Origin: Gammaproteobacteria bacterium
GTDB lineage: Bacteria; Pseudomonadota; Gammaproteobacteria; Eutrophobiales; Eutrophobiaceae
Direction of reading: 5' to 3'
Assembly: GCA_963422205.2 (NCBI GenBank)
Contig: CAXMWX010000001.1
Location: forward strand, 320,001-384,000
DNA: 64,000 nt
The notes beneath the pieces were generated by a model. That model did no database searches. It was not told the origin of the DNA and saw only the letters and a program-made list of their open reading frames with translations. Both the position numbers and the translations under genes were made by a program. The number at the start of each line of letters is the position of its first letter. Positions within the stretch are counted from its first letter, which is position 1. Shown here piece after piece: positions 29,998-40,019 of this stretch.

Positions 29998-31438
29998 TCC
30001 AGCCAGTGCATCGGCCACGCCCGACAGGCCGGTGAGAACCCGCTTTGCGCCCAGCCCCACGGGCGATCTGCACATCGGCGGGGTACGCACGGCGCTGTTC
30101 TCCTGGCTCTATGCCCGCCATTGCGAGGGGGAGTTTCTGTTGCGGATAGAGGATACCGACCGCAAGCGCTCCACCGAAGAAGCAATCGCCGTCATTTTAA
30201 CCGGCCTTCGGTGGCTGGGGCTGATCGCAGATCAGCCGCCGGTATTGCAATCGCAACGTCTGGACCGGCATAAAAAAGCCATTCAACAACTGCTGGATGC
30301 GGATAAGGCGTATCGGTGTTATTGCACACCCGCCGAGCTTGCCCGGATGCGTGAGCAGGCGATGGCCGATGGCGGCAAGCCGCGTTACGATGGCCGTTGT
30401 CGTGACCGGGCCGACAAGCCTGCGGCCCTTAGGCCCGTGATTCGATTCAAAAACCCGCCGGCGGGCGAGGTGGTGATCGATGATCTGATTCAGGGCCGGG
30501 TGGTGTATCGCAATGCGGAACTGGATGATCTGATCATCGCCCGTGCGGATGGCTCGCCCACGTATAACCTCAGCGTGGTTGTCGATGATGCCGATATGCA
30601 GATCACCCATGTCATTCGCGGGGATGATCATCTCAATAATACCCCCCGGCAGATCAATATCTTTCGGGCGCTGGGGCAAACACCGCCACACTATGCCCAC
30701 CTGCCGCTGATCCTGGGGCCGGATGGCAGCAAGCTCTCCAAGCGTGATGGCAGCACCAGCATCCTGGCCTGCAAGGCGCAGGGCCTGCTGCCGTCAGCCG
30801 TGTTGAATTATCTGGTGCGCCTGGGCTGGTCGCACGGCGATCAGGAAATTTTCTCTCTTGCCGAGATGATCGCCTTGTTTGATGTCAGGCAGGTGAATAA
30901 ATCTGCCGCTGCGCTGAATCTGGAGAAGCTGGCCTGGCTTAACCAGCATTATATGAAGATCAGCCCTGTGGCCGATTTGCTGGCCCTGGCCGAGGCACAG
31001 TTCGAGCGGGCCGGGGTCGCGCTGGCCGATGGCCCGGGATTAACAGAGCTGCTGGCAGTGCAGAAGGAGCGGGTCAAAAATTTGCAGGAACTGGTGGAGC
31101 AAAGCCGGTTTTTCTATGAGGATATCGTTGCATACGATAAGGCGGCGGCAAAGAAACACCTGCGCCCGGCCATCCTGCCAGCGATGGAATTGCTGGCCGG
31201 GCGCCTGGCCGCCCTGACTGAATGGACGGGGGCGGATATCAAGGCCGTCATCGATACGCTTGCGACTGAATTGAACATGAACATGGGCCGGCTTGCCCAG
31301 CCGTTGCGGGTGGCCGTCACCGGCGGGGCAATCTCGCCCGGCATTGATATGACGCTCGCCCTGCTGGGGCCGGACAAGGTGCAACAGCGCCTGCACACCG
31401 CCCTTGAGTATATCCGCCGGCGGGCTCGGGCCGGATAA
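29984..31438 (+). CDS. gltX: Glutamate--tRNA ligase
   Basis: RTRFAPSPTG.LHIGG, LRIEDTD, THVIRGDDH, KLSKR, anticodon domain LRVAVTG. Confidence 0.97.
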   Translation: MTGTDPASASATPDRPVRTRFAPSPTGDLHIGGVRTALFSWLYARHCEGEFLLRIEDTDRKRSTEEAIAVILTGLRWLGLIADQPPVLQSQRLDRHKKAIQQLLDADKAYRCYCTPAELARMREQAMADGGKPRYDGRCRDRADKPAALRPVIRFKNPPAGEVVIDDLIQGRVVYRNAELDDLIIARADGSPTYNLSVVVDDADMQITHVIRGDDHLNNTPRQINIFRALGQTPPHYAHLPLILGPDGSKLSKRDGSTSILACKAQGLLPSAVLNYLVRLGWSHGDQEIFSLAEMIALFDVRQVNKSAAALNLEKLAWLNQHYMKISPVADLLALAEAQFERAGVALADGPGLTELLAVQKERVKNLQELVEQSRFFYEDIVAYDKAAAKKHLRPAILPAMELLAGRLAALTEWTGADIKAVIDTLATELNMNMGRLAQPLRVAVTGGAISPGIDMTLALLGPDKVQQRLHTALEYIRRRARAG

Positions 31439-31589
31439 ATTCACAAACCTGTTACGCCCCCCGCAGGCGATGAGCGGGTGCGATATCACCACGCCGTTTA
31501 TCGCATTTAAAGGCCATTATCGCTTTTATCGCCCGGTTAGCCATGGCCTGGTTAGCTATGCGATAAAAGCCAGTGTGAGCAGCGACAGG

Positions 31590-31614
31590 CCACAGGCCGG
31601 GGCCTGTGGTTTTT
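31590..31614 (+). terminator. Rho-independent terminator after gltX
   Basis: CCACAGGC-CGGG-GCCTGTGG followed by TTTTT. Confidence 0.65.
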
Positions 31615-31634
31615 ACGCACTTGGAAAAAAATGC

Positions 31635-31696
31635 TGGACAGGTGTTGACGGGGTGGACAGGTGTTGACGGGGGGGGGGGATAAGGTATCGTACACT
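31635..31696 (+). promoter_or_regulatory. Putative sigma70 promoter of flp with a G11 tract in the spacer and a 19-bp duplication
   Basis: (tggacaggtgttgacgggg)x2 at 31635-31672; TTGACG 31664-31669; G-run 31669-31679; TATCGT at 31686 (16-bp spacer). Confidence 0.55.
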
Positions 31697-31729
31697 ATTA
31701 CCGTGCAAAGCACCAATGGGAGGAATCCA

Positions 31730-31996
31730 ATGAAACGCTATGTCAAACAACTGGGCCAGGGTATGACCGAGTACATTATTATTGTGGCGCTGATTGCTAT
31801 CGCTGCCATCGCTGTCTATACATTCTTTGGCGATACCATACGTGGTCAGACCGCCGCCATGACTCAGGAACTTGCTGGCAAGGATGGTAGTGGAAGCACT
31901 GGCTCTGCTCAAACGGCTGCTGGCAAAGCCGCCACTGAGGGAGCCGCGGTTAAAGGTCTGGGTAATTTCGCTGACGGTCAAGAGGTTAATAATTAA
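31730..31996 (+). CDS. flp: Flp-type major pilin
   Basis: GQGMTEYIIIVALIAIAAI prepilin motif; GGGAGG RBS. Confidence 0.9.
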   Translation: MKRYVKQLGQGMTEYIIIVALIAIAAIAVYTFFGDTIRGQTAAMTQELAGKDGSGSTGSAQTAAGKAATEGAAVKGLGNFADGQEVNN

Positions 31997-32042
31997 GAAG
32001 TAGCCAAGAGGGGATTAATGTAACTCAGGTAACTACTCGAAA

Positions 32043-34043
32043 ATGGAGCGACAACATAACGGATGTGAAAAACCAGGTCGGCGGTTCGCTATAGGCCCTT
32101 TGCAAAGGCAGCAGCGCGGTCAGGCTGCTGTCTTTGTGTATCTCTTCCTTAGCGTCCTGATAGTCGTTCTCCTCGGTCTTTACAAGGCCGGTAAACTCAC
32201 CAGCGACAAGATGGAACTGCAAAACGCCGCCGATGCGGCCGCCTACAGCGTCTCGGTCATCGAGGCGAGGGATCTTAACTTTGCCTCCTATATGAATCGC
32301 GCCATCGTTGCCAACGAGGTGGCGGTGGGGCAGATGGTGGGGCTGGCCTCTTTTGCCTTTCACTTCAAATCATTTCATGACTACCTGAATCGCTACGCCA
32401 GACCATTAAATGCCACGCCTTTGGCCCCCCTGGGAGTTGCGCTTGGGACTATGGCGCAGGGGTTTCGGCAGGGGGGTGATGGGTTCATTAAGGTCTTGAA
32501 ACCCGCCGCCAACAAGGTCAGCACAGGCGTACACAGAATCAATCGGCTCTATGGCGTCAGCGAGAGGGGCTTCCATCTCGCCAGTACCTTCTATGCCCTG
32601 AGTTCGCTGCAAGCGATGATCGATGAGAACGGTCCCCCTGGCGCACGGCTATCGGAATTTGGCCTGTTGACCCTGATGGGGCATTTAGCCACCTACGGCG
32701 CACTGCCCGTCCCCGTCCCCGGTGATAATAATAAGTTCACGCAGAGTTATGATCCAACGGAAGAGGATACAGCGGATGAGATCAAAGCGGGGGGTTATGG
32801 GCGCCTGGCCGCCATCATCCATGATTCGGCGGATCCCTTTGTGAATGAACGCGGATTGGGGTTTGATTTGTTCCATGAATTGAACAAGGTGACGCCGTTT
32901 CCCGATTTATATACAGGGAAAGGTGATGAGGGCTGGCTGGGGCTGGAATTTGATGAAAAAATATCAATCGGGTTAGCCGAGGCTAAAGTGTCCGCCCGGT
33001 TGCAGATAAACATTGCGCTGACCCGTGCCGGCGGCAGCGAATTGCGGCTCATCGCGCCATTGGACGGCAATGCCCCGGAGGATGAGGCCTCAGGGCAGCA
33101 TTTTAACTGGTCTGCCGCCGACACCACTGACCTCGGCCTGGGTCTAAGCTTTGGCATTAGCGCCGGGGCCAGATTTTGTTGGCCCGTGGTGAAATGTACC
33201 AAGTCGGGATGTACCACCAAGCTGAAATGTACCGGGTGGATCTCTCTGCCGGGCGTGAATTTCCAGGCCGTAAATAACCGCCTCGTGGCGAGAGTAAAGA
33301 TAAAGTATAAGCCTTTAAAGATTGACAGGACATGGACTTTATTGAATATCCCCTTTCCCACCGAGGCGCCGTTCGGTGCGGGGTTTGCCCAGGCCGGTTC
33401 CCCCGGTAATTTTATCGCCAGCGAGCAAGCACATATCGGCACTGAGTCCCTTGGGGGGCCGCTTCCGGGTGATGCCTACGGCGGGGCGGCAGATTCACTC
33501 CTCGCCTGGAATTATCCCTGCCCGCCCGGGGTGTTCCACCAGGCCGGCAGCGATGAGAGGAAGGTAGGCCGGAAATACGGCGGCCTGCCGACCTATTTCG
33601 ATACCGCCGGCGAGGATGAGGATCCGCCGCTGCGCGGGGCGGGCGGTTCGAATCTGCTGGTGGGTGTGGTGCTGGATGAGACGGATTTTGATGAGACCAA
33701 CCCGGCCCGGGGCGGGTCGTCACAAAAAGCGGTGGAACCGACCGGCCGTTTTGAAATCACTGAAAAAATGGCGTCCAACCAACTGCACGCCATCGCCAAG
33801 TCAGAGGTTTATTTCAAGCGGCCAACCGATCTGACTTACTTTCACCGCCTTGACGGCCAGGAAGAATACGGCAGCACCTTTAACCCCTACTGGAATGCCC
33901 GCCTGGTGGAGACCTCCCATGCCGAGCGGGTGGCGGCGCTGGCGCTGCAACAGCGCGTGTATATGGGCAGCGAATTTAAACCGGCTGCTGTCCTCTCCAG
34001 TGTGTCTGAGCCGTTTATGGAAAAGTTTAGGCCAACGCCCTGA
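32043..34043 (+). CDS. TadG-like pilus protein (Tad N-terminal domain, large variable region)
   Basis: GQAA, LQNAADAAAYS, AR.LNF..Y.NRA.VANEV, C-terminal EYGSTFNPYWNARL. Confidence 0.82.
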   Translation: MERQHNGCEKPGRRFAIGPLQRQQRGQAAVFVYLFLSVLIVVLLGLYKAGKLTSDKMELQNAADAAAYSVSVIEARDLNFASYMNRAIVANEVAVGQMVGLASFAFHFKSFHDYLNRYARPLNATPLAPLGVALGTMAQGFRQGGDGFIKVLKPAANKVSTGVHRINRLYGVSERGFHLASTFYALSSLQAMIDENGPPGARLSEFGLLTLMGHLATYGALPVPVPGDNNKFTQSYDPTEEDTADEIKAGGYGRLAAIIHDSADPFVNERGLGFDLFHELNKVTPFPDLYTGKGDEGWLGLEFDEKISIGLAEAKVSARLQINIALTRAGGSELRLIAPLDGNAPEDEASGQHFNWSAADTTDLGLGLSFGISAGARFCWPVVKCTKSGCTTKLKCTGWISLPGVNFQAVNNRLVARVKIKYKPLKIDRTWTLLNIPFPTEAPFGAGFAQAGSPGNFIASEQAHIGTESLGGPLPGDAYGGAADSLLAWNYPCPPGVFHQAGSDERKVGRKYGGLPTYFDTAGEDEDPPLRGAGGSNLLVGVVLDETDFDETNPARGGSSQKAVEPTGRFEITEKMASNQLHAIAKSEVYFKRPTDLTYFHRLDGQEEYGSTFNPYWNARLVETSHAERVAALALQQRVYMGSEFKPAAVLSSVSEPFMEKFRPTP

Positions 34044-35083
34044 TGAGGACAGGAAAAAAGCAATCAGGGCAGGCCATGACGGAGTTTCAAATCACCGCGG
34101 CCTATATTTTGGTACCATTGTTCCTGATCGTGCCGCTTATGGCGAAATACATCGATATAAAACACGCCGGCATCCATGCCGCCCGCTATCAGGCCTGGGA
34201 ATATACCGCATGGCATCACCCTGGCGATGAGCCGGATATCCTGGATAATTATAACCGCCGAACTCCCCGTAAATCCCGGGCAGAAACGGCGAGGGAATCA
34301 GAACGGCTGTTCTTCTCCGGTATTGATGAGACCGATCCGGTCGAGATTGACGATGACAGCAGGCGGGGTTGGAAGGAGGGAGAGCGAAACCCGCTGTGGA
34401 CTGATCATGCCGGTAATGCGCTTTATGATGGTTCTACAGCCCCATTGGCAAGCCACCTTGATACCGGGGAGACGCCGGTACCTGGTGTTAGCATTGCCGG
34501 ATTTAATACGGGCCGGGTTGTATCAGACATATCGAATTTGTTTGATGTTGTCTTTGATACTTTCGGCCGGCTGCTGGATGGCATATCGGGCGGTGATGCA
34601 GAATTTAGCGCAATCCATACCAAAGGTTATCACACCGCCCATCTGGAAATACCGGTGATGACCTTCGCTGATGCCATTAACGTATACGAACCCGGCACAC
34701 TGCTCAATTTTAACAGCCGTGCCGCCGTATTGAGCGAGAGCTGGAGTGCCGGTGGCCGTGAGCACACACACGCACAGGTCGCCGGTGCTGTCCCGACAAC
34801 GATACTCAAAGAAATTTTTAATCTACCGGGCGTGAGGGAAATCCGGACGGCGTTCGGCTGGATAGCCCCGGAGACGACCGCTTGCCTGGCGGAAGGCGAG
34901 TCCAGCCCGGCGGCGTCACTGGGGTTTATCCCCGAAGAAGGCAGCCTGTGGCTGGGTTATATCGACAGCGATATCGTCCACCCCGACCGCTTATCCGAAG
35001 GGGGTGTCCACGTCTGCGATGAGGCTGGTCGTTGCCGGTTAGAATCGAATGCTCCCCAGTCCCATACCCGGTGTACTCCCTAG
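34043..35083 (+). CDS. TadE-like minor pilin
   Basis: GQAMTEF, AARYQAWE. Confidence 0.75.
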   Translation: MRTGKKQSGQAMTEFQITAAYILVPLFLIVPLMAKYIDIKHAGIHAARYQAWEYTAWHHPGDEPDILDNYNRRTPRKSRAETARESERLFFSGIDETDPVEIDDDSRRGWKEGERNPLWTDHAGNALYDGSTAPLASHLDTGETPVPGVSIAGFNTGRVVSDISNLFDVVFDTFGRLLDGISGGDAEFSAIHTKGYHTAHLEIPVMTFADAINVYEPGTLLNFNSRAAVLSESWSAGGREHTHAQVAGAVPTTILKEIFNLPGVREIRTAFGWIAPETTACLAEGESSPAASLGFIPEEGSLWLGYIDSDIVHPDRLSEGGVHVCDEAGRCRLESNAPQSHTRCTP

Positions 35084-35806
35084 ATGAGCCGGCCTGCCCC
35101 GAATATAAGTGCCGTGAATAGAAGCTGGATTTTTTATCTGCTCCTTGGCGTTGCCCAGCAGGGCATGGCTGATGCGCCCGAGATCCCGATACCGAAAAAC
35201 GCGAAAATCAGCATCGTCGGCCAGGACATGACAGTGGGCGGCAAGGCCATGAGCATCAGACAGATCTACACACGGGATAAAATCAGCAAGGTGAAGGCGT
35301 TTTATCATAGCCGCTGGGCCGAAGCCGAAATACCGGGGCTGCCCGGCTATACGGAAAATAACGCCCTTGAACCTTGGCATATTATCAGTCGGCTTGAAGA
35401 GGGGTATTTATTAACAGTACAAATTCAACGGGCCGATGACGGGGGTACACGGGGTTATCTGGCCAGCAGCAAATTAAGCCGGGAGCTGACGCCTTCCAAA
35501 CAGGCAGAATCGTTTCCCAAAATACAGGGCACCAGGATCGTCCACGACATTCAGTCCAGGGATGCTGGCCAGCGTGCCGTGACGATGTTGCTGAGCAATC
35601 ACCACTCCCTGAGCAGCAATTCCAGTTATTACAAAAATTACTACCAGCAGCGTGGCTGGCGGATTGACCTGGATCAACCCATGCCCCGGGCCGGCATGTA
35701 TGTGCTCGCATTTACCCATGGGCGCGAGAAAGTGAATATCGTTCTCACGGGGAACGAAAACAGCACCAAAATTACTGTCAATAAAGTCGTTCACGACATT
35801 TTGTAG
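35084..35806 (+). CDS. Exported Tad-associated hypothetical protein
   Basis: Signal-peptide-like N-terminus; coupled within the operon. Confidence 0.7.
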   Translation: MSRPAPNISAVNRSWIFYLLLGVAQQGMADAPEIPIPKNAKISIVGQDMTVGGKAMSIRQIYTRDKISKVKAFYHSRWAEAEIPGLPGYTENNALEPWHIISRLEEGYLLTVQIQRADDGGTRGYLASSKLSRELTPSKQAESFPKIQGTRIVHDIQSRDAGQRAVTMLLSNHHSLSSNSSYYKNYYQQRGWRIDLDQPMPRAGMYVLAFTHGREKVNIVLTGNENSTKITVNKVVHDIL

Positions 35807-35808
35807 AA

Positions 35809-36219
35809 ATGAGCATCACTGAAAAGATAACATCGATCAAACACCAGTTCGGTCAATCCATGCCTGAATACACGGTGGTGCTGGTCTTTGGTGTGCTGGT
35901 GCTTACTACCGGCCCGGGGGGTGATGTGATGCAGCAACTGCTGGGCGTCATCAAGGAAAACTATGAAGGGTATTCCTATGCGGTGTCTTTATCTGAGCCC
36001 CCTGATTACGATGACGTAACAGATAAACTTGCCGCCGAGGCAGAAGGATTAGTTGACGACCTTACCTCTTTTGCCGATAAAGACCCGGAGAAACTCATTG
36101 AAGCAGGAATTAAAGCAGAAGTAGAAGCTACAAAAGAAGCTGTAGAAAACGAGATTAACTCCATCCTGGATGCCATCACGATCGATACCATCTCGATCGG
36201 TCAAGTGCAATGCCCTTAA
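35809..36219 (+). CDS. Minor pilin-like protein
   Basis: GQSMPEY plus hydrophobic helix, YSYAVSL, acidic tail. Confidence 0.72.
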   Translation: MSITEKITSIKHQFGQSMPEYTVVLVFGVLVLTTGPGGDVMQQLLGVIKENYEGYSYAVSLSEPPDYDDVTDKLAAEAEGLVDDLTSFADKDPEKLIEAGIKAEVEATKEAVENEINSILDAITIDTISIGQVQCP

Positions 36220-36244
36220 AACCTTATTACTCAAAAATACGACT

Positions 36245-38359
36245 ATGGCCACGAGCAAAAAGAAGAGATCCACCCCGACACTCCCCCTGCTGATGGGCGC
36301 CATCGGTTTTGGTCTGGCCGCTGCCCTGTTATCCGTGCTTTATCTAAAGGCAAAAGAAAAAGCCCTGCGTGAAAGCCTGCTCGGCGGGGAAGAGCAAGCG
36401 GTGATGGTGACGGTTGTGGTTGCCAATGAAGACCTGCCAAGAGGCAGTCTTGTTGCGGACGGTTTATTTGCGCCACGGGATGTCCCGGCCGAATATGTGC
36501 ATGCCGATGTGGTCTATCCGGCGGAATATGAACTGTACAGAGGCCGCTCGCTGAACGCCGACCTGGCATACGGAAAACCCTTACTAAAGAGCTTTATGGA
36601 GGATGAATTTCCTGTTGATTTCTCCGACACTGTTCCTCTGGGCAAACGGGCGATCACCGTCACCGTGGATGAGATTAATTCGGTGGCCGGGTTTATGCGC
36701 CCGGGTAATTTTATTGATATCTTCGTGAACATCGCCTATTCCAATTCAGGTTTTGATGCAAACTTGTATAAGGTGGGTCTGTATTCCGAATTACCCGAAG
36801 CCATCAAGAGCAACGCATTCAGTGGTGATATCAGCGCCGTGTTAAGCGACCTGTCCGATGATGAGGCTTCAGAATTGCTGTCCAGCCTGTCACCGGGCGA
36901 TGTCATTATACCCGTACTGCAAGGGGTAAAAGTATTGGCCACGGGCCGTGACCCTTATGTTGAATCGTTAGACCTGTTAAGACAACCGCAATATCGAAGC
37001 GATGGAAACTTTAGTTCCGTCACACTAGAAGTCACGCCTGAACAAGCGGCATTGATCGCCGCTGCACAGGATAAAGGCGACATACTGGCACTGTTACGCA
37101 ACCGCAATGATGAAAGCGCATCCCCCTTTAACTCCATCTCTTCCAGTGATCTTTTCCGTAATGCGGCAGAAATGGCAGCAAGGGAAAAGTCGCGGGCTGC
37201 CCGCGCGGCGGTGGCCTCGGGTGTGGATGCATTTGGTAATCTTGTCGATGCAAACGGCAGAAAAATTGTTGATCGTGACGCACTGGAAAAGGCCGGTTTC
37301 AGCGTTAATGAAGACGGACAAATCATCGATAGCAACGGCAACCCCGTTGATGCCGATGACATCATCGTTGCCGCGGACGGCACAATCATGACCAAACAAC
37401 AACTGGCAGCAGCCGGCCTGCGTGTCGATGAGAATGGACAAATCACAGATAGCAGCGGCAATGTGTTGTCTTCAGAAGATATCGTCGTGACAGCGGATGG
37501 TACGGTGATGAGCAAGAAACAACTTGCCGCAGCAGGGCTGAGTGTGAACGAGAAAGGCGAAATCGTAGACAGCAAAGGTCGGATTATCCCGCCGGATGAG
37601 TTGGTGGTGACCAAAGACGGTAAAGTCATCAATAAGCAGGTATTGGCTGCGGCAGGAATCAAAACCCCTTCCGGGGTGGATGCCAGCGGTAACCTGGTTG
37701 ACGCCAGTGGCAATACCATCGCCAGCAAGGAGCAGCTCGCCAAAGCCGGTTATACCATCAATGAGCAAGGCCAGATCGTCGATAAAGACGGGAACATCGT
37801 TGAACCTGAAAACCTGCTGGTCGATAAAGATGGCAATGTTGTTTCTGCGGACGAAGTGGTTGTCACAGAAAATGGCAGCATCATCACCAAGCAACAATTA
37901 GCTGAAGCCGGACTCATTGTGGATGCAAACGGTCAGGTGGTGGACAAAGACGGTAATCCGGTTGACACAGAGGATCTTGTTATCGGTCAGGATGGTTCAG
38001 TGCTCAGCAAGAAGGCACTTGCAGCACAGGGGCTTAAAGTCGCCGCCGGTGTTGATGAGAGCGGTAACCTTGTTGATGAGAATGGGAATACTCTGGTCAG
38101 CAAGGAAGCGTTGCAGGCAGCAGGATACGCTGTCAATGAGCAAGGCCAGATAATCGATAAAGACGGGAATGTCGTTGATCCGAAAAACCTGATCGTCTCC
38201 AAGACCGGTGAAATTCTGACTGAAGAGGAGGTCACACAACTCGCCAGAGAAACACGCATTACAGGGAAGAGTGTTGAGCCGGATGTCTATGACTTTATCA
38301 TCGGCGGCGCCAGTGAAGATGGCGTACCAAAAAAACAAAAAATAACGATTCAAAATTGA
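36245..38359 (+). CDS. cpaB: Flp pilus assembly protein CpaB/RcpC with long C-terminal repeat region
   Basis: TM segment, VVVANEDLP.G (SAF domain), GKRAITV.VD..NSVAGF..PG..ID, VKVLATG, VTLEVTP.QA, LLRN..D. Confidence 0.88.
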   Translation: MATSKKKRSTPTLPLLMGAIGFGLAAALLSVLYLKAKEKALRESLLGGEEQAVMVTVVVANEDLPRGSLVADGLFAPRDVPAEYVHADVVYPAEYELYRGRSLNADLAYGKPLLKSFMEDEFPVDFSDTVPLGKRAITVTVDEINSVAGFMRPGNFIDIFVNIAYSNSGFDANLYKVGLYSELPEAIKSNAFSGDISAVLSDLSDDEASELLSSLSPGDVIIPVLQGVKVLATGRDPYVESLDLLRQPQYRSDGNFSSVTLEVTPEQAALIAAAQDKGDILALLRNRNDESASPFNSISSSDLFRNAAEMAAREKSRAARAAVASGVDAFGNLVDANGRKIVDRDALEKAGFSVNEDGQIIDSNGNPVDADDIIVAADGTIMTKQQLAAAGLRVDENGQITDSSGNVLSSEDIVVTADGTVMSKKQLAAAGLSVNEKGEIVDSKGRIIPPDELVVTKDGKVINKQVLAAAGIKTPSGVDASGNLVDASGNTIASKEQLAKAGYTINEQGQIVDKDGNIVEPENLLVDKDGNVVSADEVVVTENGSIITKQQLAEAGLIVDANGQVVDKDGNPVDTEDLVIGQDGSVLSKKALAAQGLKVAAGVDESGNLVDENGNTLVSKEALQAAGYAVNEQGQIIDKDGNVVDPKNLIVSKTGEILTEEEVTQLARETRITGKSVEPDVYDFIIGGASEDGVPKKQKITIQN
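37213..38232 (+). repeat. About 9 degenerate 27-54 aa repeat modules in CpaB
   Basis: Recurring G[LFY].V.E.GQI.D..GN.V...D.VV..DG.V.SK.QL.AAG. Confidence 0.85.
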
Positions 38360-38372
38360 TAGCTGAACATCA

Positions 38373-38633
38373 ATGAGAAGATGGGGATTATTTTTATGCG
38401 TTTTTGTTATGCAGGTCGCACAGGCACAGCAAGACACAGATAACCCTGTGGATAATGCGAACGCGACAGACAGGGGCGTGGTATTGGAATTTGATGACAG
38501 TGCTGATTATGAGACTCAAGCTACGGATAGGCAGCGGTCTGTTAATGATGAATCAGAGGAGGTTGATTTCATCATAGGAGGGGAAGGGGACGGCGGCATA
38601 GCAAAACGTGGCATATTGAAAGTCATCGACTAG
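38373..38633 (+). CDS. Small secreted acidic protein
   Basis: Signal peptide ending AQA; VDFIIGG motif. Confidence 0.65.
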   Translation: MRRWGLFLCVFVMQVAQAQQDTDNPVDNANATDRGVVLEFDDSADYETQATDRQRSVNDESEEVDFIIGGEGDGGIAKRGILKVID

Positions 38634-38669
38634 GCCAGATGCACCAGAATACAATCGGACAATAACGAC

Positions 38670-40007
38670 ATGTTAAAAAAAATATTACTTGCCTGCATTT
38701 TCATTCATCTCACATACAGCGTTAATGCAAACGAGGTGATCAATTTATATTCCGGTGAGGTAAAAGTCCTGGAAGTAAGCAACATTCAACGGATCGCGGT
38801 GGGTAATGCCGGCATCATAAGTACCTCGCTCCTGAATAATGGTCAGTTACTCTTGATCGCAGAGGCTGAAGGGGGAACAAATTTACATATCTGGTTTAAG
38901 GATGGCAGTGAAACAGAGTACACAGTCCGTATAAAAAGCGCTGCCGGACCACTTCAGTTAAAAATGTCGGAAGTAAAAGATCTGCTACGAGAGGTCGAAG
39001 GCATGACGATCAGGGAAGTGGGGAATCGCATTGTGTTGTCGGGCAAAGTGGACAAGACCTTTGAGGATGCGATTGGTACCGTACAGGGGGTTTTCCCGGA
39101 AATCATGGATCTGACTCGAAAACTGGACCCGACCCAAACCGATGTCTATGAGTTACCGGCAAACAAGATGATTTATATCAACGTCAAGATCACTGAATTT
39201 AATAAAAACTTCCTGGAAAACCTGGGCATTCTTTGGGATACCACTGTCGCCGGTCCAGCCGCCGCCCTGGCATTGGATGGGGCGACAAACCAGAAATTGA
39301 GAGCAACCCCCTCACCTGCCCCTTCTTTTAACAGCGTATTAAACGAAACTAATGGTGAAGGCAATTTGATCAATAATGCGAACTCTGCATTTGGTTATTT
39401 CGGTATCGCATCGGAAATCACTTCCCGCATTAATTTTGCCGTCAATTCTGGCAACGCTGTGATATTGTCTGAACCACGCCTGGCGACACGCAGTGGTGGT
39501 GAAGCGAAATTTCTGGTGGGCGGTGAATTTCCCATCGAGATATCCAACATAAATGGCACCACCATAGAGTTTAAGGAATACGGGATTAAACTGAATGTCA
39601 CGCCCGAAGTAGATAAGAAAAACTATATTCGTGCCTCGGTCATGACTGAAGTGAGTTCCATCGACAGTTCGGTGTCCGTCAATAATGTTCCCGGGCTGCG
39701 TACACGAAGAACAGAAACTGCAATCAGCATGAACTCGGGTGATTCTCTGGTGATCTCCGGTTTAATCGATCAGCAACTCTCCAAGGATGTGTCGAAAGTG
39801 AAGTTACTGGGTGATATTCCCATACTCGGCGAATTGTTTAAGTCAACAAACTGGCGAAGAAATAAATCTGAGTTGGTTATCTTCGTCACGCCTACTGTCT
39901 TTGATGTTGATTCAGATCTCAATAAAAAAGCCATTGATTATGCCGACCAGGGTGTAAGAAAAGCCATCGAAAAAATCGACCCTGAAGCACTGGATATTGT
40001 TTACTGA
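38670..40007 (+). CDS. rcpA: Tad secretin RcpA/CpaC
   Basis: RIAVGN, EP.L...SGG.A.FLVGGEFP, FKEYGI.L, LGDIPILGELFKS, ELVIFVTP. Confidence 0.92.
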   Translation: MLKKILLACIFIHLTYSVNANEVINLYSGEVKVLEVSNIQRIAVGNAGIISTSLLNNGQLLLIAEAEGGTNLHIWFKDGSETEYTVRIKSAAGPLQLKMSEVKDLLREVEGMTIREVGNRIVLSGKVDKTFEDAIGTVQGVFPEIMDLTRKLDPTQTDVYELPANKMIYINVKITEFNKNFLENLGILWDTTVAGPAAALALDGATNQKLRATPSPAPSFNSVLNETNGEGNLINNANSAFGYFGIASEITSRINFAVNSGNAVILSEPRLATRSGGEAKFLVGGEFPIEISNINGTTIEFKEYGIKLNVTPEVDKKNYIRASVMTEVSSIDSSVSVNNVPGLRTRRTETAISMNSGDSLVISGLIDQQLSKDVSKVKLLGDIPILGELFKSTNWRRNKSELVIFVTPTVFDVDSDLNKKAIDYADQGVRKAIEKIDPEALDIVY

Positions 40008-40019
40008 AAAGGAAAAAAA

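Noticed and set aside
31439-31729. c-di-GMP riboswitch upstream of flp
   Set aside because: No recognisable class I or class II consensus.
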